A stretch of 64,000 bases of DNA from contig JAVZLA010000002.1 in the NCBI GenBank assembly GCA_038883995.1, forward strand, positions 5,261 through 69,260. Direction: 5' to 3'. Under the pieces are notes generated by a model. It did not search any database, was not told where the DNA came from, and worked only from the letters and a program-made list of their open reading frames with translations. Below are positions 56,380-64,000 of this stretch, one piece after another. Source of the DNA: Thermoprotei archaeon. GTDB lineage: Archaea > Thermoproteota > Thermoprotei_A > Marsarchaeales > Marsarchaeaceae. The translations under genes were made by a program, and so were the position numbers. Positions within the stretch are counted from its first letter, which is position 1. Every line of letters begins with the position of its first letter.

Positions 56380-57765
56380 ATGCAACTCGCCTTGCGATCT
56401 CAGGTCCAGACACGAATGGCACAGTGCTTGCTAGTCAAGTTTTTAAAGGCCAGAGACGAAAACGAACCAATGCATAGAGCGCAGAGAATGCTGCTTCTGA
56501 AAGGTGTTTCAGAAGTCTTTCTATCGATCATCCTTATCTCCGGATGTTTTGTCGTGTTGGCCGCGCAGGCCAGCACGCATAGCGGAGGAGTACTCGAAGT
56601 AGAATTCGACGTGCCCGTGGACGCGGGATCCTCCTCGATGATGACCAGAGCAGTAAGCATCGCGGTGTCAGGAGGGTACAAGGCCATCATAATAGTCATG
56701 AACACTCCTGGCGGCCTGTTGAGCGACATGCTTACGATAGTGCACGATATTGGAAACGCCAACGAGTCTGGCATACCCACGTACACGTATGTTGTTCCAG
56801 ACGGACTGGGCGCCTCCGCAGGAAGCTACATAGCTATGGCTACGAACAAAATCTTCATGGGCCCGGGTTCGGAACTTGGGCCTTCAACGCCGATTGTAGA
56901 GGGGGCTTCTAACACCTCACTGCAACAGAACCATACAGAAGACGCAATGATCAAGCTCATGGTAAGCCTGGCCCAACAGTGGGGCAGAAACTCCACAGCA
57001 GCCTACTCCATGGTTTACGGTGACAAAGCGTTTTCCGCAACCCAAGCGTACAGGGTCCATCTGATAACCGGGGTTGCGGACACCCTCAGCGAGGCTGTGT
57101 CGCAGCTCGGATTGGCCAACGAGCCGGTCACCACTGTTTCCGAAAACCCATACGAACAGTTTCTGAGCGCGCTAAGCAACTCTGTAGTCGACGGGCTACT
57201 GATCCTGATAGGTGAGCTGGCAATCGTTATCGACCTATACCATCCCACAATACTTCTGTCGGTTCTAGGAGCGTTCGCCATAATAGCCGGCCTTGTTGGC
57301 GCGGAAGTGATAGGGGCATCCATCCTCGGCTTCTTTGTTTTGGCCGTGGCCGCCGCGATAATTCTTCTGGAACTCAAAATGGGACACGGGTTGGCGATGA
57401 TTGGCGGCGGCTTGGTGGGGGTGGCCGGCATAGCCCTATTAGGCGAAGGACTGCAGTACTCTTCTAATGGATCCCAGATTTTGAGCCAGATCGAACTGGT
57501 TGGTGTTGCTGTCGTTGTAGTTGTGCTGGGACTTTACGTGAGATGGGTTGCAGGTCCCATAAGATCTCGCAAGCACGTAACTGGACCTGAATCGTATATT
57601 GGGGCTGAAGGAATCGTCCTCAAGGACCTTTCTCCGGAAGGGGAGGTCAGGGTTGGGGGAATAGTGTGGCATGCCAGAGCCGTCTCTGGAACCATATCCA
57701 GCGGTAGCCGCGTCAAAGTGGTTAAGGTTGAGGGACTAACGTTCTACGTAGAGCGAGCGGAGTGA
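56380..57765 (+). CDS. long NfeD-family membrane-bound ClpP-class serine protease (stomatin-operon-partner type)
   Basis: IIVMNTPGGLLSDM and GASAGSYIAMA (ClpP-like Ser region), four to five TM helices, and a C-terminal OB domain (GEVRVGGIVWHARA...VKVVKVEGLTFYV). The start is probably at M31 or M37. Confidence 0.75.
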   Translation: MQLALRSQVQTRMAQCLLVKFLKARDENEPMHRAQRMLLLKGVSEVFLSIILISGCFVVLAAQASTHSGGVLEVEFDVPVDAGSSSMMTRAVSIAVSGGYKAIIIVMNTPGGLLSDMLTIVHDIGNANESGIPTYTYVVPDGLGASAGSYIAMATNKIFMGPGSELGPSTPIVEGASNTSLQQNHTEDAMIKLMVSLAQQWGRNSTAAYSMVYGDKAFSATQAYRVHLITGVADTLSEAVSQLGLANEPVTTVSENPYEQFLSALSNSVVDGLLILIGELAIVIDLYHPTILLSVLGAFAIIAGLVGAEVIGASILGFFVLAVAAAIILLELKMGHGLAMIGGGLVGVAGIALLGEGLQYSSNGSQILSQIELVGVAVVVVVLGLYVRWVAGPIRSRKHVTGPESYIGAEGIVLKDLSPEGEVRVGGIVWHARAVSGTISSGSRVKVVKVEGLTFYVERAE

Positions 57766-58059
57766 TGGTAGTGTTGGTGGTGATGGCGGTGATGTTAGTC
57801 TGTTCTTTGGCTCAATGTACGCTGCGTTAGCCTGTCTACATTGTTGCACACAGCTGACTTCCTTTCGTGTAAGCCTCGTCGGGAAAACGCTCAGCGTGGG
57901 TATCAAAAGTCACTTGGCGTGTCACCCTGTGGATGAGTATACGCTGAACCGAGCGCAACTGGTGGCGCAGTATACGTGCAGCTACTAGTACCAGGTCAAC
58001 CGATGTTCTTTGACCTACGCGAAGTCTCTTGGGAATTGCGTTGCAAGTTCGCTTCGCAA

Positions 58060-59256
58060 TCAGGATTTGGGCTCAGCATAGATTATGTTGCCTAGTCCAA
58101 GTGCTCTCGCGACGTAGACAGCCTTATCTCCTAGAATTTTGAGCCTTTCTCTTATTTGGTCTGGGCCCAGGTTGTTTGAAAGGAGCCAACTTTCCAAGTC
58201 AGTGCTCATAGCGTCGCGGGAGTCCAGTGATTCCCTTATCAGTTGTGAAACAGAGTTGGAAGCTGTTATCAGTAGTTCGTAGCAGTTAAGCTTTGAAAGC
58301 ACGTCTGTGCCTTCGAGCTTAAGCTTCGAAAGTCTTACTCTTGCACCTTCAAGTGAAACTATTTCATTTGCTAGAGGCTCCAAGGCGGCTATAAGCGGGG
58401 CCTCTTCAAGCCTGTTGGATAGAGCTGGGTCGGAGGTTACTTCTACTTCTCCGAGCTCGTCCTTGTAAATCACAGTGATCGAGGAATGGTCTTCGCTTTT
58501 CGAATAAACAAACCTGACAGAGTATCCATCTTCGCGTTCGAAGCGAGCGATCAAATGACCCTGAGAAAGCTCGGCTTGTACGAGGACGTACTGGTCTAAT
58601 TTTTCGTAGTCAGGAACGGCTTCCTTCTTCAGCCAGTTTTTACCCAAGCGAACAGGAATACGCGCGCCCTTGACGAGTCTCGAAAAAGGCATATGGCCTC
58701 TGAACATCTCGGATTCCCTAGAGTCCAAGGTGAACTCGTATTCAATTGAGGGGTCGCAACGGTAGCTTGCTGAAGCCGCGTATCCGTTTTCTATTTTATC
58801 CAGTGTCAGAAGCCTATCCAGCAACGGTAGAGGATCGCCTATGAAGAAAGCCTCCAAGCTCTTCAACGCTTTGCTCTTCTCTGCTTCCAACGTCGCCATG
58901 TGCTGACGCAGCGTGTCTTGCAATTCCGTCTGGATTCTCTCCTTCATTTGAGAGAATACCGCTTCGGAAAATTCCACTATCTTGGAACCTGCCTCGGAAA
59001 ACACGTCATCCTCGGAGTAACGCTGAGCTACGCTTTGTATCTCATTCTTCATTTCTTCAATTTTTTCAATTCTTTCCTCTGACTCTTTTCTAGCTGCTTC
59101 GATGCTTTGCTTCTCCTCAGCGAAGAGTGTGGAGTGCTGCGTCGCCTCAACCAGGTTCGTAAGCAACTTTCGCAGAGACCGCGCCGGGTCGGCTGGCGGT
59201 ACAGGATCTATCCAGCGCATCGTACCCGCATAGCTGCACAAACTAATAAGGCTCAC
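58060..59256 (-). CDS. hypothetical protein with an N-terminal coiled coil
   Basis: 398 aa. Residues ~45-135 are heptad-like and charged (EEKQSIEAARKESEERIEKIEEMKNEIQ...). The C-terminal 250 aa are globular with no recognised motif. Confidence 0.5.
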   Translation of the reverse strand: MSLISLCSYAGTMRWIDPVPPADPARSLRKLLTNLVEATQHSTLFAEEKQSIEAARKESEERIEKIEEMKNEIQSVAQRYSEDDVFSEAGSKIVEFSEAVFSQMKERIQTELQDTLRQHMATLEAEKSKALKSLEAFFIGDPLPLLDRLLTLDKIENGYAASASYRCDPSIEYEFTLDSRESEMFRGHMPFSRLVKGARIPVRLGKNWLKKEAVPDYEKLDQYVLVQAELSQGHLIARFEREDGYSVRFVYSKSEDHSSITVIYKDELGEVEVTSDPALSNRLEEAPLIAALEPLANEIVSLEGARVRLSKLKLEGTDVLSKLNCYELLITASNSVSQLIRESLDSRDAMSTDLESWLLSNNLGPDQIRERLKILGDKAVYVARALGLGNIIYAEPKS

Positions 59257-59468
59257 ACGGCTGATTTTGATGAGTATCTATGAATACGTAGGGATAGCTT
59301 TGGAGCCCGGTAACATGAGCCACAGCTGTGAAAGCAGTAACGGCTCGAGATTCGCGTCGTGTGAATAAACCCACATGAAGCCAGTTGCAGGCGTAGACTG
59401 AGGTCCCCAGCATACGTAGGCGATAACCTCAGTATTTTAAACCCTATACTCCTTTATGGTACAAATCC

Positions 59469-61340
59469 CTATGTTTCTACAGGCTTCCTCAGGGGTGCGC
59501 TTCTGGTTCTGAAGTGTTCTTGAGACCTCGGCTTAAACGCAAAATCTATTCCCACGCTGAGAAGGAGTACAAAGACGCTGAGGGCCAAAATAGCCTCGAC
59601 GGCGGATGAATTCATCGAAAAGGTAAAGAACGTGAAGTTTAGCAGTTCCGCGTTAAACGCAGGAAACCCTATGCTAGGAACCGAAAGATACAGCAGCGTA
59701 AAGCAGGCGTCAAGTATCATGAGGAAAATTGTTGACCCGGTTGAGCCAAGCAAAAGAACATCGTATACCAGATACATGAGCAAAAGGGTGAGTGCTGCGA
59801 ACAGAGTCACTCTGGGATCTATGAAGTAGATTGCTCCCCCAGCCACAAAGCAGCTCAGTCCCACGCCCAGTGGAAGCGCTTTAGAGCCGCGTTCGGACAC
59901 CTTCCGTTTGAGCCAGATTGCTGAAAGAGAAATTATGCCTAGGCTCAACAGAACCATGACATTTGTTATGTTTACAAGGAAGTCTTCACCCCCCAACGCA
60001 AGAAACAGTATTGACCCGTATGTGAACACCCATGAGTAAGGCGCTAGGGACCTAGGCATGTACCCGTCTTCGCAGAGAGAAGACATGTGTCTGGACGCTG
60101 CGAGGAAAGCGGGGACGAAGGTTGTGAGCGTGGCCACCAGGAATACGACGGCCATGAGAAGTTCCTGATATGCCCCGAGGTAGGTCTTCGCCAGGTAGAG
60201 TGCAGGAATCTGAGATGAGAAGACCGTGGAAACATTGGGGTGTACCGCGTATACGGCTAGAGCGTACAGTATGTTTATCGCTGAAGCCATGACGACGCTG
60301 AGAATCATTGCGTAGCCCAGGTATTTTCCCTTGGAGACGGTGAATCCTTTCTTCACCCATGAAAGAAATGGAACAGAGGATTCGGCTTTGACGTCCTTCT
60401 CCAGTGACTGAATTTCTTGGAATCCGAAGAAGAGCAGATACAGGTATCCAGTATCTATTACGAGCGCCTCCACCCAGTTTCCGCTTAAATGCGCATTGAA
60501 AATTCCCCCTATGTTCCAGTTGCCGACGTTGCCCAGAAGTACACTATGGTAGACCAGCGCCAAAACCATGAACGATGTGAAAAGGATCTGCAAGGATCCT
60601 ACGGACCTCATCAGTCGGCGCTCAAGAATGGCGCTCGCCACAGACCATCCCACGAATACGGCTGCAATCGCGTATACCAGCAACGTGACAGGAAGACCAG
60701 TGTACCCAAAATGGGCCATGATACGTGGCAGAAATTCTACGTCAAAAATCACGAACACTATTTTTGAATAGGCTGCCAGTGCGGTATTAGCAACCCACAT
60801 TGAGACTCTTGCAATAAAATATCTCAGGCTTTTCACTCCGCAGGCCACCCTTGTAAACGAAGGGCCGCCGACAGCGCCCTTTCCTGCTTTCTGCGAAAAA
60901 ATGTACATATCGGCGTAAACCTTTGCCATAAGTGTTGAAAGCACGGTTGCCGCCAGAAGTGCGCCTATGGAGACTAGCTCATACTGTAATATGTTCTCAG
61001 GAATAAGCACGAACAGGGGCGAACCTATTGTTGCACCTAACCCGATCGCCAGAACCTGAGAGAACCCGTAGACCGGTTTTCCTGACATTTCAAACTTTGG
61101 AAGACGAAACCTTGTCCGCAGCGAGCTTGGTAGCAGTGAAACCATCAGGGAGCCTGTGACAAAAAGCAGGAACAGGCCTATTGCATATACTAGGTCCACG
61201 AAGTCGGGAGTGACGCCAGTTGAAAGATATGTGAGCTCTTGGGCCAATCCCAGAACGCCGTAGCATAGTGCTATGATTCCTGTTACTGCTGCAGCGAGCT
61301 TTACGACTAATCCAACTCGTCTTCTCAACTCGGAAACCAA
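59469..61340 (-). CDS. APC-superfamily permease-like membrane protein with extra C-terminal TM segments
   Basis: About 14-16 hydrophobic segments over 623 aa. The N-terminal 450 aa have an amino acid/polyamine permease-like layout. Confidence 0.55.
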   Translation of the reverse strand: MVSELRRRVGLVVKLAAAVTGIIALCYGVLGLAQELTYLSTGVTPDFVDLVYAIGLFLLFVTGSLMVSLLPSSLRTRFRLPKFEMSGKPVYGFSQVLAIGLGATIGSPLFVLIPENILQYELVSIGALLAATVLSTLMAKVYADMYIFSQKAGKGAVGGPSFTRVACGVKSLRYFIARVSMWVANTALAAYSKIVFVIFDVEFLPRIMAHFGYTGLPVTLLVYAIAAVFVGWSVASAILERRLMRSVGSLQILFTSFMVLALVYHSVLLGNVGNWNIGGIFNAHLSGNWVEALVIDTGYLYLLFFGFQEIQSLEKDVKAESSVPFLSWVKKGFTVSKGKYLGYAMILSVVMASAINILYALAVYAVHPNVSTVFSSQIPALYLAKTYLGAYQELLMAVVFLVATLTTFVPAFLAASRHMSSLCEDGYMPRSLAPYSWVFTYGSILFLALGGEDFLVNITNVMVLLSLGIISLSAIWLKRKVSERGSKALPLGVGLSCFVAGGAIYFIDPRVTLFAALTLLLMYLVYDVLLLGSTGSTIFLMILDACFTLLYLSVPSIGFPAFNAELLNFTFFTFSMNSSAVEAILALSVFVLLLSVGIDFAFKPRSQEHFRTRSAPLRKPVET

Positions 61341-61346
61341 TATCTG

Positions 61347-61841
61347 TCAGCCCGGTTGCCTAGAAGGCGTTAGACCCGAGTCGCTGAGCTTTTCTGCGGC
61401 TTTTCTAAGGGCTCCCAGTGCTCCCAGAATCAGGATAAGAGAAACTATGAGCGAAACCACTAGTTTGGGTAACCCTGGACTTGCAGTTGAAGTTAGGTCC
61501 AGAATTTCGCTATAATATTGTGTAAAAATATGCGCTGTGTTGAAGCCGATTACTGCGGGAGCCAGTATAATGAGGCCGGTGAGCACCATGAGCGCTGCAA
61601 GGCTCATTTCCCCTAAGGCGGAAAGAAAAGTGGAGCCTGTCTCTGTCTTCGATTCTTCTCTGAGAGCCTTCACAAACCTGATCACGTCGACATCTGAAGA
61701 ATCAATCACTTTGCTTTCAATAAATTTCTTAAACGACTCGTCAGAGTCAAATAGCAGGCTTACCGATTTTATGTTCACAAGGAGGTCTCCCGCAAGTTTC
61801 TCTGTTTTATCTCCTGGATTGTACAAAGGATGGCACCACAC
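61347..61841 (-). CDS. membrane protein (hypothetical), upstream partner of the permease
   Basis: 164 aa with a soluble N-terminal half and two C-terminal TM helices. It lies 6 nt from the downstream permease gene. A TATA-like GATAAAAG sits about 25 nt upstream. Confidence 0.45.
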   Translation of the reverse strand: MWCHPLYNPGDKTEKLAGDLLVNIKSVSLLFDSDESFKKFIESKVIDSSDVDVIRFVKALREESKTETGSTFLSALGEMSLAALMVLTGLIILAPAVIGFNTAHIFTQYYSEILDLTSTASPGLPKLVVSLIVSLILILGALGALRKAAEKLSDSGLTPSRQPG

Positions 61842-62233
61842 AGTCCTAGCGTATCAGTCTTTTATCATTGATGGATTAGTCTGTGTAACGGGCCATGTTT
61901 TCAGTTGCCTGACGTTTGGTGCTTGGCGTCGCTGGATGAGACGGAGTACTTCAGCGGACAGGAATCTTGCATTGGGTTAAGCCCACGTGGGAGCGGACGC
62001 GACGCCTCAAGTAGTCTGTCAAACACTCCGAAACGCATCCGGCTCAGGTGGCAAGCGATGCCGCGTGGATACACGGCTGGGAGCGTTCTGCAACCCTGGA
62101 TGAGTGAAGGGGTTCTCATTTCAGTGTGCCGATCCACTTGTCTCCCATGCTCCCTTCAGGTTTGGTTGAATCCACGCAGCCCCGCTCACCAAACACTGAA
62201 TAGCGGGCGCAGAGTCTCTCAGCGAGCTGCCGC

Positions 62234-62248
62234 TTAAAACATTTAAGA
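62234..62248 (+). promoter_or_regulatory. TATA-like element (TTAAAACATTTAAGA) for the HerA-like gene, bracketed by a direct repeat
   Basis: It lies 20-34 nt upstream of ATG 62268. GCGGGC(GC)AG(AG)TCT copies occur at 62203..62217 and 62255..62265. Confidence 0.4.
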
Positions 62249-62264
62249 GATAGAGCGGGCAGTC

Positions 62265-63917
62265 TTGATGGCCCAAATGCCTGAGCTGGTAATTGGTTCC
62301 AAAGACTTCGAATCCTTCGGCATAGACGCCGACCAGATAGTTACCGGCCGCACTTGTATAATAGGTTCGAGCGGCAGTGGAAAAAGCTATGCTGTAGGTG
62401 TAATATGTGAGGAGCTATGCAAAAATGGAATAGGCTTTGCTCTTGTTGATACGGAAGGAGAGCACGGTGGTCTGGCTGAAAAGTTTGACGTAGTTCAGAT
62501 TTCCGAAGACGAGGGCAGCCTTTTGACGTGGCAGGGTCTGAACCTCAATGCACTTGGCCAAGAGGCGCCAAACATGCCTCCCTTGGTCATGGATTTCTCA
62601 GAAGTAAGTAACCCGCAAGGTGCGCTACAGGCTTTTGGTTCGTCGCTTTACAAAACAATATCCGAAAGAAGGACACCATATCTCCTGATAGTTGAAGAAA
62701 TTGACAAGTTTGTCCCACAGGTTGGCAAGAGGGTCGAAATCATTCCAGAAATAGCCAGACGTGGGAGGAAACGCGGCCTGGGACTGATGATATGTACGCA
62801 GCGCCCATCCATAGTTGACAAGAACGTCCTGAGCCAGTGCAGCAACCAACTTATAGGTAGACTTGTACTGAAAAACGATCTGCAAGCCGTACAACAGTTT
62901 TTCCCTGGCCGTGGGCTTCCAGAGCAGCTGACCGCTCTTGAACCAGGCTCCTTCTTTGTGATGGGTAATGTCTCACCTGTACCGTCACAGATTAAGTTCA
63001 GAAAGAGGGAGACCAAGCACGGAGGGTTCACTCCGCGTCTAGAGGATAGGCCAAGACAGGTCAATATTCCAAACATAAAGGAACTTCTCGTGAAGCTGAC
63101 AGCACCTTATGAAGGTGAAGCCGAGGTGCAGCCTGTGTCACAGAAACAGGAAGCGTTAGGAAGAGGTTCGTCTGGCAGAGTAACCGCCGAACAGGCTCAG
63201 GGACAGTTCATCGCGGCGCTACCGGCTCTGATCTATGAGGAAAATGTACCAGATATTTTGAAGAAGAGCTTTGTCAACAGGTTGTTTGGATCAGATGAGA
63301 AAGTTGGCTCCGTGAATTTGAGCTACCGGCCAGTGTTCCGGGTTTCGGTCAAACGCAAGTCTGGAATACTGAAAAAACACTACACCACATCATTTCTGTT
63401 TGTCGACGGCGTGTCAGGCCACACTGTCGATTTCGAGCACGGATTCCGGCTGGGCGACGATCTTCGTAGATTTCTTGGACTCAAACTGAAGCACATAGCG
63501 GTGTACCGGGCGTTGAGCGACAAAGACTTCATGTCCGCTGTAGACGTGGCAAACCAAGCCGGGGAAACCAAAGACTCCGTCAAGCCACTCCTCAAGGAAC
63601 TTGAAGAAAGAAATCTTATCAGGTCAAGAATATACGGGAAAATACGGTTCTACAGGCGTGCACATGTCTCGCCCAAACTTGAGACAAGCGACAGAACGCC
63701 GAAACCCGAATCGGTGGAACCCGGGCACGCCATAGTAGAGGGGACGAAAATAGATGCGGATCAATTGCTGTATGCTATTCAGGGTTTGATTCAGGACTGC
63801 GAGGTTGATTCCTGTGAAACGATTTATTATCCACTGTTCAAAGTTGAACTGGTCTTCAGGAACCACGTTCGTGAAAGATGGATAGACGCGAGAACCGGTA
63901 AAACCTTGGAAATTTAG
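62265..63917 (+). CDS. HerA/FtsK-superfamily P-loop ATPase (DUF87-like) fused to a C-terminal winged-helix region
   Basis: Walker A IIGSSGSGKS, Walker B LLIVEEIDKF, MICTQRPS...NVLSQCSNQLIGRL (HerA-type motifs). There is no N-terminal HAS barrel. The C-terminus carries a wHTH-like MSAVDVANQAGETKDSVKPLLKELEERNLIRS. Confidence 0.7.
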   Translation: MMAQMPELVIGSKDFESFGIDADQIVTGRTCIIGSSGSGKSYAVGVICEELCKNGIGFALVDTEGEHGGLAEKFDVVQISEDEGSLLTWQGLNLNALGQEAPNMPPLVMDFSEVSNPQGALQAFGSSLYKTISERRTPYLLIVEEIDKFVPQVGKRVEIIPEIARRGRKRGLGLMICTQRPSIVDKNVLSQCSNQLIGRLVLKNDLQAVQQFFPGRGLPEQLTALEPGSFFVMGNVSPVPSQIKFRKRETKHGGFTPRLEDRPRQVNIPNIKELLVKLTAPYEGEAEVQPVSQKQEALGRGSSGRVTAEQAQGQFIAALPALIYEENVPDILKKSFVNRLFGSDEKVGSVNLSYRPVFRVSVKRKSGILKKHYTTSFLFVDGVSGHTVDFEHGFRLGDDLRRFLGLKLKHIAVYRALSDKDFMSAVDVANQAGETKDSVKPLLKELEERNLIRSRIYGKIRFYRRAHVSPKLETSDRTPKPESVEPGHAIVEGTKIDADQLLYAIQGLIQDCEVDSCETIYYPLFKVELVFRNHVRERWIDARTGKTLEI

Positions 63918-64000
63918 TCTTCATAGGATCGGATGCGCTTTCGCTAGTCGGGAGCAGACATTCGAATAAGATTAGGTAAAAGGCGAACCGATCTTCCTGT

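Noticed and set aside
57763-57800. His-rich peptide (HHRHHHQHYHH) encoded antisense to the GTGATG repeats.
   Set aside because: The frame is closed by a TAA immediately upstream of the His codons and has no start codon, so it cannot be an independent ORF.
62150-62195. tRNA-like 3' end: GGTTGAATCCACGCAGCCCCGCTCACCA resembles a T-arm, acceptor stem and CCA.
   Set aside because: The T-loop reads TTGAATC, so the universally conserved C56 is missing. No complementary 5' acceptor strand (GCGGGGC) exists upstream. No D-arm or anticodon arm can be drawn on either strand.
61880-62230. SRP (7S) RNA or RNase P RNA in the long intergenic region.
   Set aside because: I could not find the helix-8 GGAA-tetraloop/AGCA motif in a proper context, nor the RNase P GAGGAAAGUCC CR-I motif. 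The region stays listed as an unexplained structured region only.
1-64000. CRISPR arrays, IS elements or transposases, integrases, and rRNA or tRNA genes.
   Set aside because: Reading through all intergenic regions, I found no regularly spaced direct repeats, no terminal inverted repeats flanking a transposase-like ORF, and no rRNA or tRNA signatures. The intein is the only selfish element.

Overview
This 64 kb window looks like archaeal chromosome at roughly 50% GC. Supporting signs are an archaeal-type ValRS, Tfx, WtpA, MfnB, an AMMECR1/radical-SAM pair, A/T-rich TATA-like boxes about 25-30 nt upstream of many start codons (leaderless-style), and oligo-T terminators. I cannot assign the lineage from sequence alone; a thermophilic TACK or Bathyarchaeia-like organism is a guess. 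By eye I found no rRNA, tRNA, CRISPR array or transposase.

The dominant theme is molybdenum/tungsten cofactor metabolism. The window carries Tfx, WtpA/WtpB, a divergent ABC ATPase, MoaE, CoxG, MocA, MoaC, MoaB, XdhC and MoeA. It also holds a xanthine-dehydrogenase/CoxLMS-family hydroxylase whose subunit genes are split between two loci 40 kb apart.

Other content is mostly housekeeping and surface or transport genes:
- Housekeeping: valS, thiI, nth, a HIT protein and acylphosphatase.
- Carbohydrate and nucleoside metabolism: a nucleoside hydrolase/ribokinase pair and a GH15 glucoamylase.
- Proteases: an S9 peptidase, a 1316-aa membrane-anchored sedolisin (S53) protease, a DmpA peptidase and two NfeD proteins.
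- Transporters: several MFS, ABC and APC family genes.

The most notable observations are:
1. A 226-aa mini-intein splits the CX3CX2C iron-sulfur motif of the AmmeMemoRadiSam radical SAM enzyme.
2. A translationally coupled two-gene operon pairs a wHTH protein with a 429-aa protein whose C-terminus resembles the Zn-site/TIM-barrel end of tRNA-guanine transglycosylase (TGT/DpdA superfamily). This is a candidate base-exchange or nucleic-acid modification module.
3. A HerA/FtsK-class P-loop ATPase lacks a HAS barrel and is fused to a C-terminal wHTH region. It is preceded by about 350 nt of unexplained GC-rich non-coding DNA, and a direct repeat brackets its TATA box.
4. The conserved N-terminus of the MoaB gene is encoded in frame but has no ATG, GTG or TTG start.

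All functional calls rest on motif recognition by eye and need HMM or structure searches to confirm.
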